Positions 41,375 through 50,894 of a stretch of DNA of 64,000 bases are shown piece by piece. Location of the stretch: positions 224,001 to 288,000 of the forward strand of contig CAWGLD010000001.1 of the NCBI GenBank assembly GCA_963823335.1, given 5' to 3'. Made by a program: the position numbers and the translations under genes. The stretch comes from an uncultured delta proteobacterium (GTDB lineage: Bacteria; Desulfobacterota; Desulfobacteria; Desulfobacterales; B30-G6). The stretch's first letter is position 1; the number at the start of each line of letters is the position of its first letter. The notes under the pieces are model-generated. The model was not told where the DNA came from, ran no database searches, and saw only the letters and a list, made by a program, of their open reading frames with translations.

Positions 41375-41405
41375 GTTCACAGCCCTGCAGATGCGCCAGG
41401 GCACC

Positions 41406-42308
41406 TTACATCAGTTCAGTACAGTCACAATCCACATCGAACTTTTTGAGAAACCCGACCGGGTTGTAAGACAACTTGGCCTTTCGCAGTCCCTCACTGC
41501 CCAGATCCTGCTCCCGATTTACCATGGCAAACCCCTGACCTGCCTTTTCGAGAAACATCTGATTGATGGCCTGATATATCCCCTTGAAATCATGATTCCC
41601 TTTTTCAAAATGGATTACCAGTGTGTCTGCAGAAAGCTTTTCGGCTACCGTATACCCCGCCATATCCGTTTCAACCATGATGGCACCGCCCATCAGACGA
41701 GGGAACTTCCCCCAGTTGTTGAGCACTTTTGAAATGGCCTGGTTTTCCGAATTAAGAGCTGCCTGGGATGCACAATCCCTCCAGGTACACCAGTTTTCCT
41801 GCATCTGGACGGTCTGATGAATATTGTCTGCACTCAGGGGTAGGTATTGACAGTCGTATCTCTTGCTGAATTGATTCAAGAGGTTCTTTTTCTTGTGAAA
41901 CTTATTGCCCTTCAGTTCAACAAGCTCCCTTACCGAATACAGGTAGTCCCAGTGCTCCCTGGATGGCTGTGCTTCGCAATGCAGGTCGGGGGTCTGCTGC
42001 CATATTTGCAGCAATGCTTCCGGCACACGGGCGAAGGACACTGCACCACTGAAATGAAGCTGTAGTGTTTTCACCCAGTCCATACCCTTCCAATCACCCA
42101 CAGGTGCCCAGTATCTTTCAACGGGACGCGACTGCCGAATCCATATCAGCTCAGGTGTCCAGGCCCACTCAAGTCCATACACATCCGCCCATCCCCACAG
42201 GTTGAGAAAACTGTAATCCGATGCTTGTTCCGAACAAAGATCCAGAAATTGGAAATATTCCGACTGTCTCTCGATCTGGATGGGTTCAAAGTGGAGTGAC
42301 ATGCTCAC
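41406..42308 (-). CDS. DUF2156 / lysylphosphatidylglycerol synthase C-terminal-like GNAT protein
   Basis: SDYSFLNLWGW, DYLY..L.GNKF.KKKN, HFEK, NREQDLG.EGLRKAK.SY. Confidence 0.85.
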   Translation of the reverse strand: MSMSLHFEPIQIERQSEYFQFLDLCSEQASDYSFLNLWGWADVYGLEWAWTPELIWIRQSRPVERYWAPVGDWKGMDWVKTLQLHFSGAVSFARVPEALLQIWQQTPDLHCEAQPSREHWDYLYSVRELVELKGNKFHKKKNLLNQFSKRYDCQYLPLSADNIHQTVQMQENWCTWRDCASQAALNSENQAISKVLNNWGKFPRLMGGAIMVETDMAGYTVAEKLSADTLVIHFEKGNHDFKGIYQAINQMFLEKAGQGFAMVNREQDLGSEGLRKAKLSYNPVGFLKKFDVDCDCTELM

Positions 42309-42760
42309 CAGACCTCCGGAAAGCCGATATCGACAAAGGCGTTTTCCATCCTGCGCTTGTGGCCCTTTTCCATGGCTGCCAGGTCCAGAAAGATCTTCTT
42401 TTTGTCAGGTTCCGGACATGCCTCGGCCAAGGCCGTGTACTGAATCACGGCCGCTTCTTCCTTTTTCATGGCCAAGGCGATGGCATCGGCCGGCGTCATG
42501 TCCGTGGTAAGCTCCGGTAAATCCACATCCTCGGCAACATGATAATCCTGCCCCTCAGAAAAATAATCCCCCATACGATTGCTGATGTAAACCTGCTTCA
42601 AGATCTCCCGGTGCCGCTTTTCCTCTTCCGCAAAGTCGGCAAACATTTCCTTTAATTGTGTGTTTTCGACCTTTTGGGCGGCTTCTTCATAAAATTTCTG
42701 GGCCTCAACCTCATTTTCCATTGCAAATTTGATGATATTTTTGTACTCACTTAAAATCAT
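42305..42760 (-). CDS. Rubrerythrin/ferritin-like protein
   Basis: E.EA..FY, EEKRH, KEE.A..Y, MEKGH. Confidence 0.85.
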   Translation of the reverse strand: MILSEYKNIIKFAMENEVEAQKFYEEAAQKVENTQLKEMFADFAEEEKRHREILKQVYISNRMGDYFSEGQDYHVAEDVDLPELTTDMTPADAIALAMKKEEAAVIQYTALAEACPEPDKKKIFLDLAAMEKGHKRRMENAFVDIGFPEVW

Positions 42761-42886
42761 ATCAGACCCCTTTCACGGTTACGGTTTTGACATCAAAAAA
42801 AGATACCCATGACAGATTCTAAAGGATAGTATATTAGTGTGGTTATTGCAAATATTATGCCGCCAATTAAATAATAGGAGGATATC

Positions 42887-43717
42887 ATGCGTTGGAGACA
42901 GTTTTTTACACCGGTAACATCCATTTCTGCATCCAAAGCCAAAAACATCATGGCCGAGGGGAATCCAGAGACCTTCAACCTCGTGGATGTCCGTCAGCCA
43001 AGTGAATATGAAGCCCATCATATTCCAGGTGCCAAACTCATCCCCATTGCCGAACTTGACAAAAGGCTGCATGAACTGGACCCTGCCAAACCGACACTGG
43101 TCTATTGAGCGGTGGGCGGACGAAGCCGTGTGGCTTCGCAGATGCTTTCAGGAAAAGGATTCGAAAACGTCATGAACATGGCAGGGGGTATCAGGGCATG
43201 GGACGACCCGATGGCAATGGGTTCCGAAGAGCAGGGCCTGGCACTCTTCGACGGTACGGAATCACCCGAAGATACCCTCCGGATCGCCTATTCCCTTGAA
43301 GCGGGATTACGCGATTTTTACCTCTCCATGACCCAAAAGGTGCCGACCATGACGGTTCGGAATCTCTTCCGGAAACTGTCTGATATAGAAATAAAGCACC
43401 AGGACCGGTTATTTGATGAATATCTGCGGATGTCCGGAAAAACCATCGACAGGGAGTCCTTTGACAAACAAACGACAGCTTCCGCCGTCGAGGGGGGACT
43501 CACCACGGAAGAATACATCGCCATGTTCAAACCGGACCTGGAATCTCCGGGGGATGTGGTATCGCTGGCCATGTCCATCGAGGCCCAGGCCCTGGACCTG
43601 TATACACGCGCATCCCAAAGGGGAGGAGACCAGGGCAGCAAAGCGGTTTTGCAAAAAATCGCCCAGGAGGAGAGAACCCATCTCGAGCAGCTGGGGCAGC
43701 TGTTCAATGATCTTTAG
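42887..43717 (+). CDS. Probable selenoprotein: rhodanese domain (Sec active site, UGA 43106-43108) fused to a ferritin/rubrerythrin-like domain, 276 aa
   Basis: ORFs 42887-43108 and 43112-43717 share one frame. DVRQPSEY..HIPGA, then LVY-TGA-AVGGRS puts the TGA at the rhodanese catalytic Cys position. Hairpin follows. Confidence 0.88.
43121..43138 (+). promoter_or_regulatory. Candidate bacterial SECIS hairpin
   Basis: CGAAGCC-GTGT-GGCTTCG, perfect 7-bp stem with a G-first loop starting 20 nt after the UGA. Confidence 0.75.
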
Positions 43718-43846
43718 CGCGAACCTGGCATAAGAGAAGTTTTCATCAGCTGAACAGGCACACTGCAGGGGGATTGGGGAAGATACCTCGAAGAAGCCGA
43801 ATATCGATTATCCAACAAGAAACCGCACAAGCATGGAGACCTTGAA

Positions 43847-44962
43847 ATGACCAAACATCTCGTTCTCGTTGGTGGCGGACATGCCCATATGATGACCCTG
43901 GCAAATCTTCACACTTTTGTAGAGAAAGGGTATCGGGTAACCGTGGTGGGCCCCTCGGCTTACCACTACTATTCCGGTATGGGACCCGGCATGCTGGGAA
44001 AAACCTACACTGCGGACGATATCCGGTTCGCTACCCGTCAGGTGGTGGAAAAACAGGGAGGTACTTTTCTGCTTGGGAAAGCCACCAGCGTGGACCCCCT
44101 CGCAAAGACCCTCTTGCTCGAATCCGGTGATCACATCCCTTATGATGTCATCTCGTTCAATGCCGGCAGCTATGTTCCCCTGTTGAACCTTTCTGAAGTG
44201 CCGGACCATATCTACTCGGCCAAACCCATCGAACGACTGCTGGAGGCGCAGACACGGATCCTTGGGTTGTGTTCTCAAAAAGAAATCACCATCGGTATCG
44301 TCGGCGGCGGTCCCTCCTCGGCCGAAATCGCAGGCAATCTCTGGCAGTTGACCCAGAACAACAGAAGCTATGCGCCCGAAATCAAGATTTTTGCAGGCCG
44401 GCGATTCATGTCAAGGTTTCCCCAAAGGGTACGAACCAAGATCGAGAGATCTCTCACGCGACGTGGCATCCGCATCCTGTCCGGCAGTTATGTCGAAACA
44501 ATCGAATCCAAAACAGTTGTTCTGGCATCGGGTGAACACCACGACCTCGATGTTATTTTTCTGGCCCTGGGGGTCAGACCAAACCGTCTGTTCAAAAGAT
44601 CCGGATTGCCCACCGGTCCCGACGGAGGGCTCCTGGTAAATGCGCATCTTCAGTGTAGCGCCCATCCAGACATTTTCGGTGGAGGCGATTGTATCTATTT
44701 TGAACCCCGACCCCTGGATAAGGTCGGTGTCTATGCAGTCCGTGAAAATCCAGTTCTCTATGCCAATCTCATGGCGGCGCTGGAGGGTGAACCGCTACAA
44801 TCCTTTGATCCGGGTGGCGATTATCTCCTGATCTTCAACCTGGGGGGTGGTAAGGGGGTCCTGCAGAAAAGATGGCTTGTGCTGGACGGAAAACTGGCTT
44901 TTTTCATCAAGGATGCCATCGACCGGAAGTTCATGAAAAAATTTCAGGTCATCGAAAGATAA
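43847..44962 (+). CDS. FAD-dependent pyridine nucleotide-disulfide oxidoreductase (type found N-terminal to SelD)
   Basis: LVLVGGGHAH, YSGMGPG, GGD, KVGVYAVR, KDAIDRKFM. Confidence 0.8.
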   Translation: MTKHLVLVGGGHAHMMTLANLHTFVEKGYRVTVVGPSAYHYYSGMGPGMLGKTYTADDIRFATRQVVEKQGGTFLLGKATSVDPLAKTLLLESGDHIPYDVISFNAGSYVPLLNLSEVPDHIYSAKPIERLLEAQTRILGLCSQKEITIGIVGGGPSSAEIAGNLWQLTQNNRSYAPEIKIFAGRRFMSRFPQRVRTKIERSLTRRGIRILSGSYVETIESKTVVLASGEHHDLDVIFLALGVRPNRLFKRSGLPTGPDGGLLVNAHLQCSAHPDIFGGGDCIYFEPRPLDKVGVYAVRENPVLYANLMAALEGEPLQSFDPGGDYLLIFNLGGGKGVLQKRWLVLDGKLAFFIKDAIDRKFMKKFQVIER

Positions 44963-44977
44963 ATTTGCGATGCAACT

Positions 44978-46513
44978 TTATCTTTTAATATTTCCCACTG
45001 CCACCAGATATAACAGATAACTATCGCTATTGAGGGACAACAGTTCTCTGGCTTCATTGTCATAAAAGGCCCCGATGCCGCAGCAACCCAAACCCAGGGC
45101 CGTACTCCCCAGATACAACCGCTGACCGAGTTTGCCGGCCTCCATCATGGCGTAGCGGTAGCCCCTGGCCCCACAACTCTCATCCAGCGCCTTCAGGTTT
45201 GCCACAAACAGAAACAGGGCGCCTGCGTTGGCAATCCATCGTTGATCCAGGCAGATACCGGTCATTTTTTCGATAAAAAGCCCCGGTTTCAGCAGTCCAT
45301 AGGCCCTTTCAAGATCTGCAAGCTGATAATAGCCCGCATCGAACCCTTCCACTTGACCCAATAAAAACCCTGTCGTAACGGGCCTTGCACAGGTTTCCGC
45401 CTTTCCACCGGGACCTGCCGCCATACTCAGCAGAGATAGCAGCCGCATAACAGACATAGCCGGTATGGGTTGCCTTACAAAGTTTCTTCTGGAGCGCCGC
45501 CCCTGGACAACATCGACATAGCCAGTCCCATGGTTTTTCACCTCCGGCTGCCGGACAGGAAACCACTCGGTAGGTTCAGGCAGGGTGATCGCCGACATTT
45601 CGCTGCCTAAGTTCCGGTGTTTGCCTGGTTCGGAGCTTGCAATATACATCTGTTGCATGGCTTCAAATGAGACTTCACGGGAAGATACGCGACTGGCACC
45701 GATCATCTCTGCATCCAGTGCCATGGGTCGGAGGGGAGAAGATCCTCGCTCAATACCATGCCGTCTCTCCTCCAGATGGACATCCACAATGGCAAAACAA
45801 GCCTCTTTGTGTCTGTCCAACCCCACCAGCGAACACAGACGCTCATCCTCAAAATCATAGCGTACCGAACAGGATAACCCTGCAAATGTCAGCGTTGACA
45901 TCAGATTTTCAACCAGATGCCCGGTATCGAGCAGCACATATCGAAATGCCCTTTTGCGGTATTTCCATGAACTTCGAAAAAAAATGCCACTCAGAATAAA
46001 TGAGACCCATTTTTTTTCAGATTTCGGGATGGTGAGCGCTTCGGCGATATGCGCCGATGCATCTTCTCCACGCAGCTGCTGGAGGAAAAACCCCTGGATA
46101 TCATAGTGGAACAAACCCTTGGGCAAACCTGGAATACCTTGCCCTGACACATAGATTTCAACGGGGTACAGGGCGCCGGCCGATGGGACGCTGCGGTACA
46201 GATATTCCTGACCGCCCGCCCGTTGACGGGCCGTGTAGCCGTATGACAGACCCAGAACTGCTGCCACGGACTGAACATCCATGGTCCCACTGCCGCAAGT
46301 GTTTTCCGTGTCTTGCATGACCTGCCAGAAGGGTTTTGCCGTCCAGCCGATCTTTGGTTCAAGCACAATCTTTGGAAGCAGCGGATACGATTTGGTCTGA
46401 CGCGGGACATTTGGCCAGTCCATGGTATGGCGGGGCATGTGTAAGCGGTCATAGCCGGTAGCATCGTGATATTCCCGACCGCCAAGAATGAGCGTGTTAT
46501 CTTTATCGTTCAT
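44978..46513 (-). CDS. SagB/ThcOx-family double nitroreductase-domain protein
   Basis: RSVPSAGALYP, RSSWKY..RAFRY..LDTGH, RRSRRNF, GCCGIGAF.D. Confidence 0.85.
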   Translation of the reverse strand: MNDKDNTLILGGREYHDATGYDRLHMPRHTMDWPNVPRQTKSYPLLPKIVLEPKIGWTAKPFWQVMQDTENTCGSGTMDVQSVAAVLGLSYGYTARQRAGGQEYLYRSVPSAGALYPVEIYVSGQGIPGLPKGLFHYDIQGFFLQQLRGEDASAHIAEALTIPKSEKKWVSFILSGIFFRSSWKYRKRAFRYVLLDTGHLVENLMSTLTFAGLSCSVRYDFEDERLCSLVGLDRHKEACFAIVDVHLEERRHGIERGSSPLRPMALDAEMIGASRVSSREVSFEAMQQMYIASSEPGKHRNLGSEMSAITLPEPTEWFPVRQPEVKNHGTGYVDVVQGRRSRRNFVRQPIPAMSVMRLLSLLSMAAGPGGKAETCARPVTTGFLLGQVEGFDAGYYQLADLERAYGLLKPGLFIEKMTGICLDQRWIANAGALFLFVANLKALDESCGARGYRYAMMEAGKLGQRLYLGSTALGLGCCGIGAFYDNEARELLSLNSDSYLLYLVAVGNIKR

Positions 46514-47418
46514 GATTCTTCATGCAGAAGATTCTCCAGAGCATTTTCAAGAACCGGGTATCGAAATTCAAATCCGTGATACTGGAGCTTTTGCGGAACA
46601 CATCGCTGGCTGCTCAGCATGACGTCTCCCAGTTCACCCATGATCAATTTCAGGACAAAGGCAGGTATTCTCAAGACTGCCGGTCGGCCCAGGGCTTTTC
46701 CCAAGGCCTTGGCAAAGGCCTGGTTTCTCTGCGGGTGGGGAGAACAGAAATTAAAGGGCCCCTGCATGTCCTCATTTTCAAGGATCATCTCCACGGCAGC
46801 TGCCAGATCTTGTATATGCATCCAGGAAAACCACTGTCTGCCCGATCCCATAGGTCCTCCGGCAAGAAATTTAAAGGCGGGCAGCATCCTGGCCAGGGCG
46901 CCCCCGTTTTCACCAAGAATGACGCCGAAACGAAGCAGGGCCACACGGGAACCCTTGGCCTGCGCCTGAAGGGCCTCTTTTTCCCAGTCAACGCTCAAAC
47001 CGGCCAGAAAATCATCCCCAGAGAAGGACGATTCTTGCAGGAGCTCATCGCCCCGATCACCGTAATAGCCGATAGCGGAGGTGTTGAGAAGGATTGGGTG
47101 GTGTTTTTCTCCCATGGCCATAACCAGGTTTCGTGTGGTCAGGACACGGCTCTCGTAGATCTGGCGCTTGGCTAAATCCGTCCAGTAACGAAAAATATTT
47201 CGTCCGGCAAGATTGATAACGGCATCGACTTCGCCGACACGATCCTGCCAGGACCCCGGGACGGTGGTGTCGGCTGAAACATACTCAAACCCGTCACTCC
47301 TCCCCATATCAGGTCGGGGCCGCGAACCCGTGGCAATCACATGGTGGTCCCTGTGCACGAGATATCGCGACAGATAGCTTCCCACAAAACCCGCTCCACC
47401 GGTTATCAATATTTTCAT
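46510..47418 (-). CDS. TIGR01777/YfcH-family NAD-dependent epimerase
   Basis: ITGGAGFVG, INLAG, SAIGYYG, GSGRQWFSWMH; start reassigned to ATG 47418. Confidence 0.88.
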   Translation of the reverse strand: MKILITGGAGFVGSYLSRYLVHRDHHVIATGSRPRPDMGRSDGFEYVSADTTVPGSWQDRVGEVDAVINLAGRNIFRYWTDLAKRQIYESRVLTTRNLVMAMGEKHHPILLNTSAIGYYGDRGDELLQESSFSGDDFLAGLSVDWEKEALQAQAKGSRVALLRFGVILGENGGALARMLPAFKFLAGGPMGSGRQWFSWMHIQDLAAAVEMILENEDMQGPFNFCSPHPQRNQAFAKALGKALGRPAVLRIPAFVLKLIMGELGDVMLSSQRCVPQKLQYHGFEFRYPVLENALENLLHEES

Positions 47419-47428
47419 GGTTATTGCC

Positions 47429-47878
47429 TTACAACATGCTCCGTAATTGCCGTTCGATCTCGGGTTTGGCGTAGGTCCCGGCCAGGGTATGCAGAACCCG
47501 GCCGTTTTTAAAAAAGAGCAGCGTCGGCACACTCAGCACATGGTACCGGGCCGCCGTCATGGGGTTTTGATCGATATTGAGTTTGGCCACCTTGACATGC
47601 CCGGAAAATTCCCTGGCGAGTTGATCAATTATCGGCGCAATCATTCGACAGGGCCCGCACCATGCCGCCCAGCAGTCCAGAAGCACCACCCCCGGATATG
47701 CCAGAACGTCTTCCTGAAACGACCGGTCCGTCACCATCACCGGGTGTTGAATCGCTGAAGGCGGCGGCAGTTTACTGCGGCACTTCCCGCACACAGGCCC
47801 ATCTTTCACACGACTTTTGGGTATGCGATTCCTGGTTTTACAATTGGTACACTGAATGATGTAACTGTCGGTATCCAT
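47429..47878 (-). CDS. trxC: Thioredoxin 2 (zinc-finger thioredoxin)
   Basis: CTNC..NR..CGKC zinc finger plus WCGPC. Confidence 0.9.
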   Translation of the reverse strand: MDTDSYIIQCTNCKTRNRIPKSRVKDGPVCGKCRSKLPPPSAIQHPVMVTDRSFQEDVLAYPGVVLLDCWAAWCGPCRMIAPIIDQLAREFSGHVKVAKLNIDQNPMTAARYHVLSVPTLLFFKNGRVLHTLAGTYAKPEIERQLRSML

Positions 47879-47883
47879 TGGCC

Positions 47884-49248
47884 TCACCTGATAAGTTTGT
47901 CCAGTTCCTCTTGGGTCAGAAGACCCTCTTCCAGTACCACGTCCGCGATACGCTTCCCCGAGGCGTGGGCCTTTTTTGAAATAGCTGCAGATGCGTCATA
48001 CCCCAGCTGCGGGACCAGATAGGTTGCCAGGGCCAGGCTCTTGTCGACATAAAACGTGCACTTTTCCATATCGGCTCTGACCCCCTGGATGCACTTTTCC
48101 GCAAAAGAACGGGCGCCGATGGAAAGCAGCGCTATGGATTGCAGCAGATTGTAAGCAATGACGGGCATCATGACGTTCAATTCGAAACTGCCGCTCTGAC
48201 CCGCCAGGGTGATGGTGAGATCGTTTCCCATCACCTGGGCTGCAATCTGCAGAACCGATTCCGGGATGACGGGATTCACTTTGCCCGGCATGATCGAGGA
48301 CCCTGGCTGTAGCGACGGGATTTTTATTTCAGCGAGACCACAGCGCGGACCAGATGCAAGCCACCTGATATCATTCGCAATTTTTGTCAGACTAACTGCC
48401 GTGGTCTTTAATGCGCCGCTCATCTCCACGGCTGCATCCTTGGCACTCTGGGCCTCGAAATGATGCACAGCCTCCGAAAAATCAGTTTTCAAGTGGGCCG
48501 ACAGCATCTGAATCACACGATCTGCAAACTGCGGGTGTGTATTCAATCCGTTACCGACGGCTGTCCCGCCCAGAGGAAGTTCCCTGAGATTTTCAGAGGC
48601 ATTTTCAATCCGTTTGATGGAAAGGGTAACCTGCCGGGCGTACCCGCCGAATTCATCCCCCAGATAAATGGGCACGGCATCCTGAAGATGCGTCCTGCCG
48701 ATCTTCCGGATGGAAGCAAATTCAGTTGCTTTTTTCATCAAAGCTGTCTGGAGTGTTTCCAGGGCCGGAATCAATTCCCTCTGTATGGCCGTCAACCCGG
48801 CCACATGGATGACACTGGGTATGATATCGTTGCTGGACTGCCCGAGATTCACATGGTCGTTTGGATGCACCGGGGATTTGCCGTCTTTTTTGCCCGTAAG
48901 CAGTTCATTGGCCCTGCATGCGATCACTTCGTTCATATTCATGTTCGTGGATGTGCCCGATCCTGTCTGAAAAAGGTCCACCACAAAGGCATGGTCGAAT
49001 TTGCCGTCAATCACTTCGAGAGCGGCGGTCATGATGGCTTTTGCCGGCGCTGGATCCAAGAGTTGCAGCTCGGCATTGACGGCTGCCGCCATCTGTTTGA
49101 TGATGGCAAGAGACCGGATAAAAGCGCCCGGCAACTTGAGCCCGCTGTCCATGAAATTTTGTCGGGCCCGTTCTGTTTGAGCACCATAGTAGGCATTTTC
49201 GGGGAGCTCTACGCTGCCCAGGGAATCTTTTTCCAGTCTTGTTTTCAT
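47884..49248 (-). CDS. fumC: Class II fumarate hydratase (or aspartase)
   Basis: QTGSGTSTNMN, GRTHLQDA, GSSIMPGKVNP. Confidence 0.88.
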   Translation of the reverse strand: MKTRLEKDSLGSVELPENAYYGAQTERARQNFMDSGLKLPGAFIRSLAIIKQMAAAVNAELQLLDPAPAKAIMTAALEVIDGKFDHAFVVDLFQTGSGTSTNMNMNEVIACRANELLTGKKDGKSPVHPNDHVNLGQSSNDIIPSVIHVAGLTAIQRELIPALETLQTALMKKATEFASIRKIGRTHLQDAVPIYLGDEFGGYARQVTLSIKRIENASENLRELPLGGTAVGNGLNTHPQFADRVIQMLSAHLKTDFSEAVHHFEAQSAKDAAVEMSGALKTTAVSLTKIANDIRWLASGPRCGLAEIKIPSLQPGSSIMPGKVNPVIPESVLQIAAQVMGNDLTITLAGQSGSFELNVMMPVIAYNLLQSIALLSIGARSFAEKCIQGVRADMEKCTFYVDKSLALATYLVPQLGYDASAAISKKAHASGKRIADVVLEEGLLTQEELDKLIR

Positions 49249-49341
49249 GTATTTCAATCCGTTTCATCCGAGGTACCCATGGCCGGAGGATGAATGCCCC
49301 TATAGTAAATTTATTTGTCCATTACTTTCCAAGATGTCCAG

Positions 49342-49938
49342 CTATCCAGATCTGCCATCGTCACAGGCATCGTCTTCCCCTTCCCCCCTGGCATGCTCGG
49401 CCGTAAAACTGGAGGTGCACGCATCGATGCTGGCTGCATTTTTCAGTGCCTTCAGTGCTTTTTCGTAATTTGGCTCTGTTGCCACCTCACTGACAAGCTC
49501 CGAATAAATGATCTTGCCGGATTCGTCCAGCACCACGACGGCCCTGGCCAGCAAGCCGGCCAAGGGTCCATCCATGATGACGACACCATATTTTTCTCCG
49601 AAATCCCGGTGACGCATCTCTGACAAAGCAATGGCGTTTTCGATACCTTCCGCTTCACAAAACCGGTTATGTGCAAAGGGCAAATCTCTTGAAATACACA
49701 AAACAACCGCATTTTCATGCTGGCTGATTTCTGTGTTGAACCGACGAACAGAAGCCGAGCAAGTGGGCGTATCGATACTGGGGAAAATGTTCAGTACAAC
49801 CCGCTTTCCAGCCACATCCCTCAGGGACATGTCGGACAAGTCTCTTTTGGTCAGTGAAAAATCGGGTGCGGCATACCCTGGAGACGGTAAGTTTCCTGAT
49901 GTATGGATTGAATTTCCTTTGAGTGTAATCTGGGCCAT
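49342..49938 (-). CDS. tpx: Thiol peroxidase Tpx with C-terminal extension
   Basis: FPSIDTPTC, SRDLPFA..RFC, LLARAV. Confidence 0.92.
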   Translation of the reverse strand: MAQITLKGNSIHTSGNLPSPGYAAPDFSLTKRDLSDMSLRDVAGKRVVLNIFPSIDTPTCSASVRRFNTEISQHENAVVLCISRDLPFAHNRFCEAEGIENAIALSEMRHRDFGEKYGVVIMDGPLAGLLARAVVVLDESGKIIYSELVSEVATEPNYEKALKALKNAASIDACTSSFTAEHARGEGEDDACDDGRSG

Positions 49939-50007
49939 GGTTTCCTCCTTATGTCAAAATCCGGTTTGTGTGACGATGTAATTTGTCAATCTTCTCTAAT
50001 AAATGGA

Positions 50008-50023
50008 TACAATAAACATGCCA
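50008..50023 (-). promoter_or_regulatory. Sigma-54-like promoter for tpx
   Basis: Minus strand TGGCATGTTTATTGTA. Confidence 0.45.
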
Positions 50024-50166
50024 GAACCCCGTGAGTTTCACAAGTCCAATACCCGTTCCTCAGATTTATTAAAAGAGAATGACGTTTGCATACAGGTGGT
50101 ATGATTGTTGCTTTCCGGATTATGAGGTATTATGTTTATATCATCAAATACAAAGGAGGGTTAATG

Positions 50167-50379
50167 ATGACCGATCACAACAAACGCTATCACATCAACT
50201 CCGCCTGTCCCCAGTGCGGATGCAGTTTCGCCCAGGTATTGAACGGCGAAGAACTGAAAAAAAAATATGGGGATATGCCGAATGTGGAACTTGAATGTGG
50301 CGAGTGCATGATTAAATTCCAGGAGGAAACGAAAAAGGCCTGCCCGGAATGGGATAAGGACTGTAGGTTAGAGGAATAG
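50167..50379 (+). CDS. Small Cys-rich hypothetical protein
   Basis: GGAGG RBS; CPQCGC, CGEC, CPEWDKDC. Confidence 0.7.
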   Translation: MTDHNKRYHINSACPQCGCSFAQVLNGEELKKKYGDMPNVELECGECMIKFQEETKKACPEWDKDCRLEE

Positions 50380-50414
50380 ACAAACAACTTCATCCATTAA
50401 AGAAAGGTTAGCCC

Positions 50415-50894
50415 ATGGTGTATGACTTCAATGCAGATGAAATTCTTCAAATGGCAGAACAGCTCGAAAGAAATGGAGCTGAATTTTATAGAAAATCAAC
50501 CGAGAGAGTCCAGGACCCGGCCGGCAAGAAACTGTTGATGAACCTGGCCGAAATGGAGGATCAACACGAAAAAACCTTTGCTGCGTTGAGATCAAAACTG
50601 ACGGCGGATGAAAAAGCCCAGACAGTTTTTGATCCTCAAGGCGAGACCGTGGGTTATCTAAAGGCCCTGGCGGATTCAAAAGTTTTTTTTGATAAAACCA
50701 TCGATACAGACAGCATGGAAGGCATTTTGAAAGAAGCCATCACCACTGAAAAGGATTCCATCCTGTTCTATCTGGGCATCAAGGATGTGGTGCCGGAAGC
50801 CCTCGGCAAGAGCAGAATCGATCAGGTTATCAAGGAAGAAATGTCCCATATCAATCTGCTGACCAGAGAGCTGGTGGCCCTCAAGAAAGGGTAA
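50415..50894 (+). CDS. Rubrerythrin/ferritin-like protein
   Basis: ERNG..FY, MEDQH, EKDS..FY, EEMSH. Confidence 0.87.
   Translation: MVYDFNADEILQMAEQLERNGAEFYRKSTERVQDPAGKKLLMNLAEMEDQHEKTFAALRSKLTADEKAQTVFDPQGETVGYLKALADSKVFFDKTIDTDSMEGILKEAITTEKDSILFYLGIKDVVPEALGKSRIDQVIKEEMSHINLLTRELVALKKG

Noticed and set aside
42887-43717. Nonsense pseudogene or two separate genes
   Set aside because: The stop is TGA exactly at the catalytic residue with a SECIS-like hairpin, both halves are otherwise intact, and GTG 43112 has no RBS.
44978-46513. RiPP (azole) biosynthetic cluster suggested by the SagB-like gene
   Set aside because: No YcaO, precursor peptide or transporter nearby; stand-alone SagB-like nitroreductases are common.
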